64,000 nt of DNA from an uncultured delta proteobacterium (GTDB lineage Bacteria > Desulfobacterota > Binatia > UBA9968), in contig CAVWLW010000057.1 of the NCBI GenBank assembly GCA_963755715.1, positions 63,832 through 127,831 on the forward strand. The letters run 5' to 3'. Position numbers and translations under genes: made by a program. The notes under the pieces were generated by a model. The model had not been told where the DNA came from. It saw only the letters and a program-made list of their open reading frames with translations, and did no database searches. The number at the start of each line of letters is the position of its first letter. The stretch's first letter is position 1. This document shows, in pieces, positions 19,948-32,937 of the stretch.

Positions 19948-20520
19948 TTACTTCTTACCGGCTTCGACGTGCCAGAGATAAAGAGTATGATCCCAACTCG
20001 AGTCGTCCTTGATCTCCTCGGTTTTAAGCGGTTTCCAGTCGCCCATGTCGAAATCGTGCGAAACGATCCGCGAGCCCGGCTTCATCTGCTTCCAAATATT
20101 GGGGCGAATCATCAGATTGACTTCTGGAAGAAGATACATGGTCAGCACCGATGCCTGCGATAAGTCGACGGTACGGATATCTTGCTGGCGGATCTCGACC
20201 AAGTCTTCGACCCCGGCCTTTTTGATATTTTCATGCGATTCTTTGATCCGTTGCGGATCGATTTCGAAACCGATCGCCTTGACGCCGTACTTTTTCGCCG
20301 CGGTGACGACGATGCGACCGTCGCCCGAGCCGAGGTCATAAACCACATCGCCTTTTTTGACTTGAGCAAGCTCAAGCATGCGATCGACGACGGCTTGCGG
20401 CGTCGGCACATACGGTACGATCTTGCCTTCCTGCGCCTGCGACAAGCTCAGATTTACGCCGCTCGAAACGAACAAACACAGCGCGATCGCCGATAGTGAA
20501 TTCCGTCCAAACCATTTCAT
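19948..20520 (-). CDS. Class I SAM methyltransferase with N-terminal signal/anchor (FAM173/aKMT-like)
   Basis: 'VPYVPTP', 'YDLGSGDGRI', 'YLLP', 'PGSRIVSHDF'; GGAGG RBS. Confidence 0.85.
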   Translation of the reverse strand: MKWFGRNSLSAIALCLFVSSGVNLSLSQAQEGKIVPYVPTPQAVVDRMLELAQVKKGDVVYDLGSGDGRIVVTAAKKYGVKAIGFEIDPQRIKESHENIKKAGVEDLVEIRQQDIRTVDLSQASVLTMYLLPEVNLMIRPNIWKQMKPGSRIVSHDFDMGDWKPLKTEEIKDDSSWDHTLYLWHVEAGKK

Positions 20521-20555
20521 AAGCGCCTCCTGCTTTTGTCGGGAATGGTTGTTCG

Positions 20556-20861
20556 TCAACTATTTTTCTGCCAAAACTTGCCCAACCAACTCGCGCTGTC
20601 TTTCTCCGCCACCTGCTCGAGCTCGCCGGCGTCGAGCCAGATGCCGCTGCACCCGGTGCATTGATCGATCTGAATTTTTTGGAAGCTGCGCTCTTTAAGT
20701 GACGCGCCGCATTTGGGGCACTTCATAGAGGACGCTTTTTGGGCCGCCTCTTTGGCTTCAGCCTCCTGCTTCGATTTTAATTTCTCCAGCAACTCCCGTT
20801 CCTTTTTGACAAAGTACTCGTCTTCCTTCGCCTTCTTGCGCTCGTCCCACTTGTTCGCCAC
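20556..20861 (-). CDS. Zn-ribbon (zf-TFIIB-like) protein with charged N-terminal helix
   Basis: CPKC...CTGC.GIWLDAGEL; GGAGG RBS. Confidence 0.85.
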   Translation of the reverse strand: MANKWDERKKAKEDEYFVKKERELLEKLKSKQEAEAKEAAQKASSMKCPKCGASLKERSFQKIQIDQCTGCSGIWLDAGELEQVAEKDSASWLGKFWQKNS

Positions 20862-20892
20862 GGCTTACCTCCTCGCGTCACAATCGTTGAAT

Positions 20893-21591
20893 TTACGCCA
20901 GCACTTTGCGCAGCCATTTGGCCGTTTTTGCCACCGACTTCTCGGCGGCTTCCCGATTCGCCACATTTTTTGTCTGCGGATTATTCAGGAACGCATGTCC
21001 CGCTCCCGGATACATCGAGATCTCGTATTTCTTTTTGTGCTTATCGAGGCTCTGGCGAAACAGATCGATTTCGGTCTGGGTCGTGCCCGGGTCGTCGGTG
21101 CCGTAGTGGCAAAGCATGGGCGCAGTGATGTCCTTTAAATCTTCTGGATCGGGGAACATGCTTTGATAGTAAATCACCCCGGCAGCGAAAGCTTTGGACT
21201 GGGCGAGGGCGTATAGCGCCAGGCCGCCGCCCATGCAGAACCCCAGCACCGCGACTTTTTTGTCGCCGACCCACGGAAGCTTGCGCAAGTACGGCACGCT
21301 GTCGACAATGTTATGGACAGCCCGTGGAATATCGAGGGATGTCTTTTTCAGGGCGCAGTCTTCAAGGGTATGATACGTCTTGCCATGAAAAAGATCCGGC
21401 GAGAGACAGACAAAACCTTCCTGGGCAAAGCGGCGCGTCACCGCTCTCTGGCCATCGTCCAGGCCGCGATAACCATGAGCCAAAACGATCGCCGGCCGCT
21501 CGCCGCCAGCGCTCGGCCGGGATAAGAACCCGTCGACGACCTCTTTGCCGCTCCGATGAGCGGCATGCATAGAGACGATTCTTTCAGCCAT
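20893..21591 (-). CDS. Dienelactone hydrolase family protein
   Basis: GFCMGG nucleophile motif; 'YPGAGHAF'. Confidence 0.92.
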   Translation of the reverse strand: MAERIVSMHAAHRSGKEVVDGFLSRPSAGGERPAIVLAHGYRGLDDGQRAVTRRFAQEGFVCLSPDLFHGKTYHTLEDCALKKTSLDIPRAVHNIVDSVPYLRKLPWVGDKKVAVLGFCMGGGLALYALAQSKAFAAGVIYYQSMFPDPEDLKDITAPMLCHYGTDDPGTTQTEIDLFRQSLDKHKKKYEISMYPGAGHAFLNNPQTKNVANREAAEKSVAKTAKWLRKVLA

Positions 21592-21639
21592 TCGGGAAAA
21601 TCAAAGTTGCGCGGAAAAACAAGAAACAACTGCCGAGCG

Positions 21640-22254
21640 CTAAGCGGTAAATCCAGTCATATAAGGCAACTTCGCCGCGGTTTTTTTGACCGCGTCGAGA
21701 TTAGCGCGCAATAACGTCGTGGAGTCCCAATAACCCTGGGTCAGCGCCGTGCGATAAGTCTCCGGTAGATCGATAGGAATTTTTTCACCGCCATAGGAAA
21801 TCGTCCTGCTTTCCAGATCGACCGTATATTCCGTGCGCGGATTGTCCTCGACGCTTTTCATCAGTTGCGCGATTTCCTTGGCGTCGACGACTACCGTGGG
21901 CAAGCCCATCATCGTGCAGTTGCCGGCAAAAATCGCCGCAAAGGATTCGCCGACGATCGCCTGGATGCCGAAACGGTACAACGCCTGCGGCGCATGCTCG
22001 CGGGACGAGCCGCAACCGAAGTTCTTGTTCACGAACAAAATCGACGCGCCTTTATACTCCGGGTCGTTGAACGGATGATCTTTCTTTTTTTTCGAAGCAT
22101 CAAAGCGTTCGTCGAAAAACGGATACTCGCCCATGCGCGCGAAAGTGACTTCCTTCAGATAGCGCGCTGGAATGATGCGGTCGGTATCGATATCGTTGCC
22201 CCGGATCGGCACCGCGGTGCCGGCGACTTTGGTAATCTTGACGATCTCGCTCAT
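21640..22254 (-). CDS. leuD: 3-isopropylmalate dehydratase small subunit
   Basis: DIDTDRIIPAR, NFGCGSSREHAP. Confidence 0.97.
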   Translation of the reverse strand: MSEIVKITKVAGTAVPIRGNDIDTDRIIPARYLKEVTFARMGEYPFFDERFDASKKKKDHPFNDPEYKGASILFVNKNFGCGSSREHAPQALYRFGIQAIVGESFAAIFAGNCTMMGLPTVVVDAKEIAQLMKSVEDNPRTEYTVDLESRTISYGGEKIPIDLPETYRTALTQGYWDSTTLLRANLDAVKKTAAKLPYMTGFTA

Positions 22255-22264
22255 AGCTCCTCGC

Positions 22265-23662
<1,398 letters not shown>

Positions 23663-23740
23663 TAAACACTCTCCTTCGCGGAGATAATATCGGTCGCTAC
23701 CAGTGAGATCAAGAGAGGCGAAGAGTCGCGAGATTCCTAC

Positions 23741-23830
23741 TTTCTGGTTCTAGGTTTCAATTTAAAGTCCTCGCAATCGCTCTGCAACGCGCACATCCAA
23801 CTAGAAACTTAAAACTGGGAACGAGAAACT
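23741..23830. repeat. Degenerate heptamer tracts in inverted arrangement
   Basis: AACTAGA AACTTAA AACTGGG AACGAGA AACT (23799-23830) facing TTTCTGG TTCTAGG TTTCAAT. Confidence 0.5.
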
Positions 23831-23838
23831 GCCCAGCC

Positions 23839-24753
23839 TCACAAACATTTTTTCTTCACCCAATCGACGATCTCGCACCGTTTCGCGAACCAAAGATCAG
23901 GAAACGACTTGGCATACTTGATACACTCGTCGTAAACCTTGCCGGTCGCCGGAAAGGCCATTTGGCAATGCATCGCCAAAGTCAGCATCTTGGGCTCGTC
24001 CGCCGATTCTTCGTACAATAGGTCAAATTCGTCCTTGAATGAGTTGAACACATCACGGGCCGTAATCCCGCGGCGATACATGCCGGTGTCGTTGAGTCCG
24101 CTGACCGCGTTCTTATACGGCACGACGATCATCGTCTTACCGTTGATATTCACCGGATAGGGATTGTCATCGTTGACCGCGTCACCATGCCACGCGAAGC
24201 CTTCGTCGGCGAGAATTCCTAATGTTCGCTCCGTATGGCGCATGCCCGACGTGAGCCAGCCCGTCGGCCGCACGCCGACAAAGTCCTGAAACATCTTCGC
24301 ACAAGTGCGGATCTCGTCGCGCTCCTGCTCTTCGGTCAGCTGCGTCAGTTGAAAGTCTTCGGCATAAGAATGACCGACGATCTCATGGCCGCGCTGGTGA
24401 ATCGCTTTGACCGCCTCGGGATAACGATGGATGCAAAGAGCATTCGTATTGAACGACGCCTTCACACCGTATTTGTCCAAGATGCGCAAAATGCGCCACA
24501 CACCGGTCCGCCCGCCGTAGTCATTTTCACTCGCGGTGCGGCAATCGTACTGGGAGACAACATCGTCTTCCTTGATCGGATTCGAGCCGCCGACATGATG
24601 CGTGCGCCGGTGCTTGGGATTGGGGATTTCCGTCCAGGCTTCCAAGATTACCCGCCAACGCGATCGCCATGCGCGCGCCTTGCGGCCATTTGAATCTTGA
24701 GTCTTTTTCGCCTTCGAATAAACGTCGTAGAAGTTATCGTGTTGCGGCATCAT
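23839..24753 (-). CDS. Polysaccharide deacetylase family protein (PuuE/allantoinase-like)
   Basis: 'YGGRTGVWRILRILDKYGV', 'GHEIVGHSY', 'DEFDLLYEES'; compensated frameshift near the N-terminus. Confidence 0.85.
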   Translation of the reverse strand: MMPQHDNFYDVYSKAKKTQDSNGRKARAWRSRWRVILEAWTEIPNPKHRRTHHVGGSNPIKEDDVVSQYDCRTASENDYGGRTGVWRILRILDKYGVKASFNTNALCIHRYPEAVKAIHQRGHEIVGHSYAEDFQLTQLTEEQERDEIRTCAKMFQDFVGVRPTGWLTSGMRHTERTLGILADEGFAWHGDAVNDDNPYPVNINGKTMIVVPYKNAVSGLNDTGMYRRGITARDVFNSFKDEFDLLYEESADEPKMLTLAMHCQMAFPATGKVYDECIKYAKSFPDLWFAKRCEIVDWVKKKCL

Positions 24754-25033
24754 GGCCCGCTCAAGCCTCCTTCAAAAAAACGCCGTCTTGTTTATTTCCG
24801 GTTCCGGTATAAGTAAATCACCACAGGGTGTCAATCTAGAATCTCATTTTGGCAGCGCGCCCGTCGTCGCGAGCAGAGCGATAAACACCGATCAAAAACG
24901 CGGGAAATTGCCCGCTGCGAATCCCCATGTCAAAGCCATGAGTGCTTTGGCGACCAAGGAAGAGCAGATCCACTACGTCAGCCGTCCGAGTCAAGTTTGT
25001 TCCCTTTGTCTTCACAACCAATTGATTCGCCAT

Positions 25034-25765
25034 TCAGTATTTGACTTCCACTAAAAACAATCCATGCGGAGGCGCCGTCGCGCCGGCTTTGGTTCGGTCG
25101 CGCGCTTCCAATAATTCCTTGAACGATTCTGCCGTGCGCAAGCCGCGCCCCACTTCGACAAGCGTTCCGATGATATTGCGCACCATGTGGCGTAGAAACG
25201 CCGTCGCTTCGATCGTGTAAACGAGCAAATCCCCACGCTGGTCCAGAGACGTCCGGTAAACCTCTCGAACCGCATGCTCTGCGTCGCATGCTGCCGCTTG
25301 GAAGGACGAAAAATCATGCTCCCCGAGGAGGCATTGAATAGCTTCGCGCATCGCTTCAAGCTCCAACGACTCATGCAAGTGCCAAGCGCGATGCCGATAA
25401 AATGGCGACGCCGTTGCGCGGTTGAGGATGTGATATTCGTACAACCGGCTGCGGCCATCGCGCCGGGCATCGAATGAGTCGGCAACAATCTCCACTTCCC
25501 TGATAGCAATGTCGTCGGGCGTGAGCGCGTTGAGCGCGCGGCGAATTCGGTGCGGGTTATAGATTTCCGCTGAGAAGAAATTGGCCACCTGTCCGAGCGC
25601 ATGAACGCCGGCGTCGGTCCGTCCGGAACCGGTTACACGGGTGGGCGTTTTGAGAAAGGTCGAAACCGCTTTTTCCAAAACAGCTTGAATCGTCTCGCCG
25701 CGGGGCTGAATCTGCCAACCGTGATAGTTGGTGCCGTCATATTCGATGGTGATCTTGACGTTCAC
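25034..25765 (-). CDS. truA: tRNA pseudouridine synthase A
   Basis: YDGTNYHGWQ, GRTDAGVHALGQ, FLRHMVR. Confidence 0.97.
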   Translation of the reverse strand: MNVKITIEYDGTNYHGWQIQPRGETIQAVLEKAVSTFLKTPTRVTGSGRTDAGVHALGQVANFFSAEIYNPHRIRRALNALTPDDIAIREVEIVADSFDARRDGRSRLYEYHILNRATASPFYRHRAWHLHESLELEAMREAIQCLLGEHDFSSFQAAACDAEHAVREVYRTSLDQRGDLLVYTIEATAFLRHMVRNIIGTLVEVGRGLRTAESFKELLEARDRTKAGATAPPHGLFLVEVKY

Positions 25766-25853
25766 ACAAGAATGGTTTCGGATCTTGGGTTAGCGCTGAG
25801 TCATCCGGTCTTCGGTCACCGGTTCTATAATCGCATTCGTCATTGCGGGCAAT

Positions 25854-26876
25854 CTAAATATAATCGCGGATCAGAATCTCGGCGATCTGCACGGCGTTAA
25901 GCGCCGCGCCTTTGCGCAGATTGTCGGCGACGATCCAGAGATTGAGGCCATTGGCGACCGAATTGTCCTCACGAACTCTGCCGACGTAAATAGCGTCTTT
26001 ACCGGTCGCATCGATCGCCATCGGATAAATGTTTTCTTCCGGCACGTCGGCCAGGATGATACCCGGCGCTTCGCGCAGAATCTGCTTGGCCTCCGCCGCC
26101 GAAAGCTTCACCACGGTTTCGACATTGACGGACTCCGAGTGGCTGCAGAAAACCGGCACGCGCACGGTGGTCGCCGTGACCGGCAGGTTCGGTTCGCCAA
26201 GAATCTTGCGCGTCTCGTCGATCATCTTGATCTCTTCCTTGGTGTAGCCGTTTTCCAAGAAGACATCGATGTGCGGGATGCAATTGAAAGCGATCTGATG
26301 CGGAAACTTGTTCTTTTCAATCTCCTTGCCGTTGAATAACGCCGCCACTTGCTGGCTCAATTCATCCATGGCCTTGCGCCCGGCTCCCGATACGGATTGA
26401 TAAGTCGACACGACAAGCCGCTTGATACGCGCCGCGTCGTGGATCGGCTTGAGCGCCACGACCATTTGAATGGTCGAGCAATTGGGGTTGGCAATAATAC
26501 CGCGGTTTTTGTAACCGGCGATTTCCTTGGCATTCACCTCGGGAACCACCAACGGAACGTCCGGCTCCATCCGAAAAACCGACGTGTTGTCGACAACCAC
26601 CGCGCCCGCATCTACGGCAAGGGGCGCGAATTTGGCGCTCACGGTGCCGCCGGCAGAGAACAAACCGATGTCGATTCCCTCGAAGGAACCCTCATTCAGC
26701 ACTTCAACGCGAAGCTGCTTGCCTTGAAAGGGCAGAAGCTGCCCCGCGGATCTCTCAGAAGCCAGAAGCCGCAACTCACCGACGGGAAATTCGCGTTCTT
26801 CCAAAACTTCGCGCATCTGCTCGCCGACCGCGCCGGTAGCGCCGACGACGGCGACGTTGTACTTTTCTTTCTTCAC
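25854..26876 (-). CDS. asd: Aspartate-semialdehyde dehydrogenase
   Basis: GATGAVG, NPNCSTIQ, DNLRKGAA. Confidence 0.97.
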   Translation of the reverse strand: MKKEKYNVAVVGATGAVGEQMREVLEEREFPVGELRLLASERSAGQLLPFQGKQLRVEVLNEGSFEGIDIGLFSAGGTVSAKFAPLAVDAGAVVVDNTSVFRMEPDVPLVVPEVNAKEIAGYKNRGIIANPNCSTIQMVVALKPIHDAARIKRLVVSTYQSVSGAGRKAMDELSQQVAALFNGKEIEKNKFPHQIAFNCIPHIDVFLENGYTKEEIKMIDETRKILGEPNLPVTATTVRVPVFCSHSESVNVETVVKLSAAEAKQILREAPGIILADVPEENIYPMAIDATGKDAIYVGRVREDNSVANGLNLWIVADNLRKGAALNAVQIAEILIRDYI

Positions 26877-26882
26877 GACTAA

Positions 26883-27971
26883 TTATCCCTTTGCCTTTTC
26901 AATCTTATCGCGGACCAACCGGCCCATTTCCTTGCAGCCAACCAACTTGCAGCCCGGCTCTTGTATATCCGCCGTTCGGTACCCCTCATTCAACACTGCC
27001 TCGACTGCGCTATCGATCCGATCCGCCGCCGCCGCTTGATCGAAACGAATGACGCAACATCATCGCCACGCTCAAAATAGTCGCCAGCGGATTGGCCTTG
27101 TCCTGGCCCATGATGTCAGGTGCGGTGCCATGCACGGGCTCGTACATGCCGACCTTGCCGCCGAGACTGGCCGACGGCAACATACCGATGGAGCCGGTAA
27201 GCATCGCCGCTTCGTCGCTTAGAATATCGCCGAACATGTTCGTCGTCACCACCACGTCGAACTGCTTGGGATTGCGGATCAACTGCATGGCGCAGTTATC
27301 GACCAGCATATGCTCCAGTTGCACGCCGGCGTAGCCCTCGTCTTTATGCACCCGTGTCACCACCCTGCGCCAGAGCTCCGTCACCTCTAATACGTTGGCT
27401 TTATCGACAGACGTCACTTTCTTGCGCCGCTTGAGCGCCGCTTGAAATGCCACGTGAGCGATGCGCTCGATCTCCGGCGTCGTGTACACTTCCGTATTGA
27501 CGCCGCGCTCGGTGCCATCCGGCAGTTTCGTCACGCCTTTGGGCTGGCCGAAGTAAATGCCGCCGGTGAGCTCGCGCACCACGAGCAAATCCGTACCCTC
27601 GACGACCTCGCGCTTCAGCGTCGATGCCGAGGCGAGGGCGGAAAACAATTTTACCGGCCGAAGGTTGGCGAACAAGCCAAGCTCCTGGCGCAAGCCCAAC
27701 AGCGCTCTTTCAGGGCGAATCGAGTAATCGAGGCCGTCCCACTTGGGGCCGCCCATGGCGCCGAGCAATACCGCGTCGCTCTGTTTGGTTAAATTGAGCA
27801 CCGGATCGGTGAGCGGCTTACCGTGCGCGTCGATCGACGCGCCGCCGACAATCCCGTATTCCAGCTCCACGCCGAAGCTATAAAGCTTCGCGACTTGTTG
27901 GAGCACCTGCGTGCCTTCGCCCATCACCTCAGGGCCGATGCCGTCTCCCGGTAAAACTGCAATTTTGTAGT

Positions 27972-27975
<4 letters not shown>
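26883..27975 (-). CDS. leuB: 3-isopropylmalate dehydrogenase (one extra base at about 27043-27045; true end 26883)
   Basis: [25 protein letters not shown]; removing one T gives ..[34 protein letters not shown]. Confidence 0.93.
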
Positions 27976-29528
<1,553 letters not shown>

Positions 29529-29568
29529 TTTACTATCTCCTCGAGGTTTGATCCGTTGGCTCGCCCAG

Positions 29569-29602
29569 AAACAAAAACTCCCGCGGCAGGGCCAACGGGA
29601 GT
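29569..29602 (-). terminator. Intrinsic terminator between pssA and leuA
   Basis: Minus strand ACTCCCG-TTGGCCCTGCCG-CGGGAGT-TTTTGTTT. Confidence 0.75.
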
Positions 29603-29632
29603 ATCAATTTACTTTTGACTAGAGCCAGGATC

Positions 29633-30481
29633 TTACGGCATCGCGTGCGCCGCCTCCCGTCTCCTCTCCCGCTGGTGCTTGTAGGTCGTTAAGCACCATA
29701 ACAGAGGCCCGGATAACGTGTACAGTAAGACGATCGTGAAGAACATAATCTGCCTTTGAGCAATGATCAGTGTAATCAAAATAAACCCGGAAACCAACAT
29801 CCAAATCGGATGACGCCTTTTAACGTCGTTATTTTTCAAGCTGAAGTACGGAATATTGCTTACCATCAATACCGCCAAGCCGTAAATAACCAGCAACAAG
29901 GTCAAATGCCGGCTGGGCGATCCTTCGCCACCCAAAAAGTAATATAGGATCACGGTCGAAGTGATCATTTGCGCCGCCGCCGGGATCGGCAGACCGACAA
30001 AATGACTCTTCGACACCCCTAACGACTGAACGTTGAAACGGGACAATCGCAACGCCCCGCAAACGACGTAAGTACACGCCGCCAGCCAGCCCCAAGTCTC
30101 CCACGGCACCAACGCCCAGAGATAGACCAAAACCGCCGGCGCAACGCCGAACGAAACCACATCCGCCAGCGAATCGAACTCGACGCCGAACTGGCTGGTG
30201 GTCTTGGTCAGGCGCGCAGCATAGCCGTCGATGCCGTCGAACACATTGGCTAACAAGATGAGCAACGCGGCGGTGATGTAATCGCCACGAAAGGTGGCGA
30301 TGATGGAGAAAAAACCGCACATGAGATTGCCCGCGGTAAACAAGCTCGGGATCAAATAAACGCCGCGGCGCAGCTTTTCCTTGGGCATGCGATGGCGCAG
30401 CGGCACGCGCGGCCGGCCACGCCGGCGCAGCAGCCGAACATTGCCGCTCTCCTGGACTGGATTGGGGTCCATCGCACTCAT
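29633..30481 (-). CDS. pssA: CDP-diacylglycerol--serine O-phosphatidyltransferase
   Basis: DGxxAR...FGxxFDSLAD.VSFGVAPA; LRLSRFN. Confidence 0.95.
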   Translation of the reverse strand: MSAMDPNPVQESGNVRLLRRRGRPRVPLRHRMPKEKLRRGVYLIPSLFTAGNLMCGFFSIIATFRGDYITAALLILLANVFDGIDGYAARLTKTTSQFGVEFDSLADVVSFGVAPAVLVYLWALVPWETWGWLAACTYVVCGALRLSRFNVQSLGVSKSHFVGLPIPAAAQMITSTVILYYFLGGEGSPSRHLTLLLVIYGLAVLMVSNIPYFSLKNNDVKRRHPIWMLVSGFILITLIIAQRQIMFFTIVLLYTLSGPLLWCLTTYKHQRERRREAAHAMP

Positions 30482-31107
30482 ACAAACCTCGCTATGATGG
30501 TTTCGCCGCCCTTCACTCGTTGTCCTTCCGTGACTTCGATCCGGCAACCGCGCGGCAGATAAGCGTCCGTGCGTGAGCCGAACATGATCAGACCGAAACG
30601 CTCGCCACGCTTTAGGTTGTCGCCGCGGCTAACCCGACAAATGATCCGCCGCGCTACTACGCCCGCGATTTGCACAACTGACAACGCGCGCCCCTGCTCA
30701 TCGAGAAGCTTTAAAGCGTTCTGTTCGTTGTGCTCTGACGCCGCTTCTTTGTACGCCGCAAAAAACTTCCCCCGCTGGTAATTGACTTGTTCGACCTTCC
30801 CGCTAACCGGACTTCGATTGATGTGCACGTCGAGGGGCGAAAGAAAAATACTCACCCGCGCCGCCGCCTCGGCAAACTTGGGATCGTCTTTGATATTGGC
30901 AATACTCACCACTCTACCATCCGCGGGAGATACGATCAGCCCTTCGCCAGTCGGAATCGTACGTTCCGGATCGCGAAAAAACGCCGCGATTGCCAGCGTA
31001 CATATTCCCAGTATAACGCCGATCGCCACCCAACCAAGCACAAATGCCAAAATCGTGACAACCGCCGCCGCCACGATGAGTGGATAACCTTCCCGTGCGA
31101 TTTTCAT
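30478..31107 (-). CDS. psd: Phosphatidylserine decarboxylase proenzyme
   Basis: FFRDPER, SPADG, HINRSP, FGSRTD cleavage motif. Confidence 0.95.
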   Translation of the reverse strand: MKIAREGYPLIVAAAVVTILAFVLGWVAIGVILGICTLAIAAFFRDPERTIPTGEGLIVSPADGRVVSIANIKDDPKFAEAAARVSIFLSPLDVHINRSPVSGKVEQVNYQRGKFFAAYKEAASEHNEQNALKLLDEQGRALSVVQIAGVVARRIICRVSRGDNLKRGERFGLIMFGSRTDAYLPRGCRIEVTEGQRVKGGETIIARFV

Positions 31108-31151
31108 CCGCTTTCACAGCCTGCTCGATCGATTCGCTCAGAATGCGGCGC

Positions 31152-32168
31152 CTAGTTCCGGGTTTTGTCGACCAGGCGATTTTGCGCCAGCCACGGCATC
31201 ATCGCGCGCAAGCCCTCACCGACCTTTTCGAGCGGATGATTGGCCGCTTCTTTGCGCAGCTCGGTGAAATGCGGACTGCCGCATTTGTATTCGTTGATCC
31301 ACTCCTCGGCGAATTTGCCGGATTGGATGTCCTTCAAAATCTGCTCCATCGCCTGGCGCACCTCGGGTCCGATCACTCGTTTGCCCCGCGTCAAGTCGCC
31401 GTATTCCGCCGTGTTGCTGATCGAATAACGCATGTTGGTCAAGCCGCCTTCGTAGATCAAGTCGACGATCAGCTTGACTTCATGGACGCATTCAAAATAA
31501 GCCATCTCCGGCGGATAACCCGCGTTGACCAGAGTGTCGTAACCGGCTTGGATCAGCGCGCAAAGCCCGCCGCACAAAACCGATTGCTCGCCAAACAGAT
31601 CGGTTTCCGTTTCATCTTTAAACGTCGTTTCGATAACCGCGGCGCGAGCACCACCGATGGCGCTGGCGTAAGCCAATCCGATTTTTTTTGTGTCGCCCGA
31701 TGGATCTTGATGCAGCGCGAGCAAACAGGGCACGCCGCGGCCTTTTTGATACTCGCTGCGGACCAGATGGCCAGGCCCCTTGGGCGCAACCATAAAAACA
31801 TTTACCCCGGCGGGCGGCACGACGCGTTTGAAATGGATGTTGAAACCATGACCGAAAGCGAGATAATTGCCGTTCTTGAGGCCCGGCTTAATTTCCTTCT
31901 CGTAAGCGTCGCCTTGCAGCTCATCAGGCAACAAGATCATTACGATGTCAGCCGCGGCCGCGGCATCCGCTGTTTCCGCGACCTTGAGGCCGGTGGCCTC
32001 GGCTTTTGGCCATGAACTGCTATCGCGTCGGAGACCCACAACAACTTCCACACCTGAATCGCGCAGGTTATTCGCATGCGCATGACCCTGACTGCCGTAC
32101 CCAAGGACGGCAACTTTCTTGCCCTTGAGCACGCCCAGATCGGCGTCTCGATCGTAGTAAACTTGCAT
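31152..32168 (-). CDS. ilvC: Ketol-acid reductoisomerase
   Basis: [26 protein letters not shown]. Confidence 0.97.
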   Translation of the reverse strand: MQVYYDRDADLGVLKGKKVAVLGYGSQGHAHANNLRDSGVEVVVGLRRDSSSWPKAEATGLKVAETADAAAAADIVMILLPDELQGDAYEKEIKPGLKNGNYLAFGHGFNIHFKRVVPPAGVNVFMVAPKGPGHLVRSEYQKGRGVPCLLALHQDPSGDTKKIGLAYASAIGGARAAVIETTFKDETETDLFGEQSVLCGGLCALIQAGYDTLVNAGYPPEMAYFECVHEVKLIVDLIYEGGLTNMRYSISNTAEYGDLTRGKRVIGPEVRQAMEQILKDIQSGKFAEEWINEYKCGSPHFTELRKEAANHPLEKVGEGLRAMMPWLAQNRLVDKTRN

Positions 32169-32643
32169 TTTTTCTCCTCTTGATTCGCGAATTTCTAATA
32201 TGCCGGTTGCCCGCCCGTAAGTCAACCGCAAGTGTCTGTAAAGACAACAACTTATTGGAACCGTACGGCAAATATAGTTTCTTAAAAAGCTGCATCGGTC
32301 TTAGGCTTAGGTGCGACGAGTGAATATCCCGATCCGAACTCAATTTGTAGTTTTTTACCTGGCAGGCAGGAAGCCTCGCCTTTCTGTTTACTATTGAGTA
32401 ACGACAAATGACCGAATCATCCCGAGAACAGCGGACCAAGTAGGGGCGTGACACAGCCAGCGATGATCAGCACGCCCAACCCAAGCACTGGAACATTTCT
32501 CGTAGCAACTCTCACTTGCACTGATCCGACGATGCTATAAAGTGGCGGACCCGCGAGTCCAACGATAGAGTCATTCGCTTGAGCAAGCAGGAAACTCTGG
32601 TATGGATTAAGTAGACACAATGCAAAGGAGGTTCGCAACTTCC

Positions 32644-32937
32644 ATGGAACGGTTAAGCACCTTTTTCTTGATAGCCTTTGCCGCCGCCAGTTTTTTTTCC
32701 TTAGCCGGCTGCGACAAATCAGATGAAAAATCCGGAGGTCCAGCGGAAAAGGCCGGCGCGACGATGGGAAGAGCCGTTGACCGAGCCGTTGAAAAAGCCG
32801 GACCGGTGATGGAAAAGGCCGGTAAGGCTCTGCAAGAAGCCGGAGGAAAGGCCAAAAAGGAGATCTCTGAGGCCATCGATAACATGAGGCAAGGCGCTGA
32901 TAAGAGCAGTGAGAAAACTTCGGACGACAAAAAATAA
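32644..32937 (+). CDS. Small helical lipoprotein, hypothetical
   Basis: Lipobox LAGC; 'GPAEKAG...DRAVEKAG' repeats; AGGAGG upstream. Confidence 0.75.
   Translation: MERLSTFFLIAFAAASFFSLAGCDKSDEKSGGPAEKAGATMGRAVDRAVEKAGPVMEKAGKALQEAGGKAKKEISEAIDNMRQGADKSSEKTSDDKK

Noticed and set aside
24752-25054. 100-aa ORF between the deacetylase and truA
   Set aside because: No recognisable family or RBS and it overlaps both neighbours; treated as intergenic or remnant DNA.
32250-32515. TGA at 32417-32419 followed by an open frame in a lipoprotein-like remnant
   Set aside because: No redox motif or recognisable domain across the stop; more likely a decayed gene.
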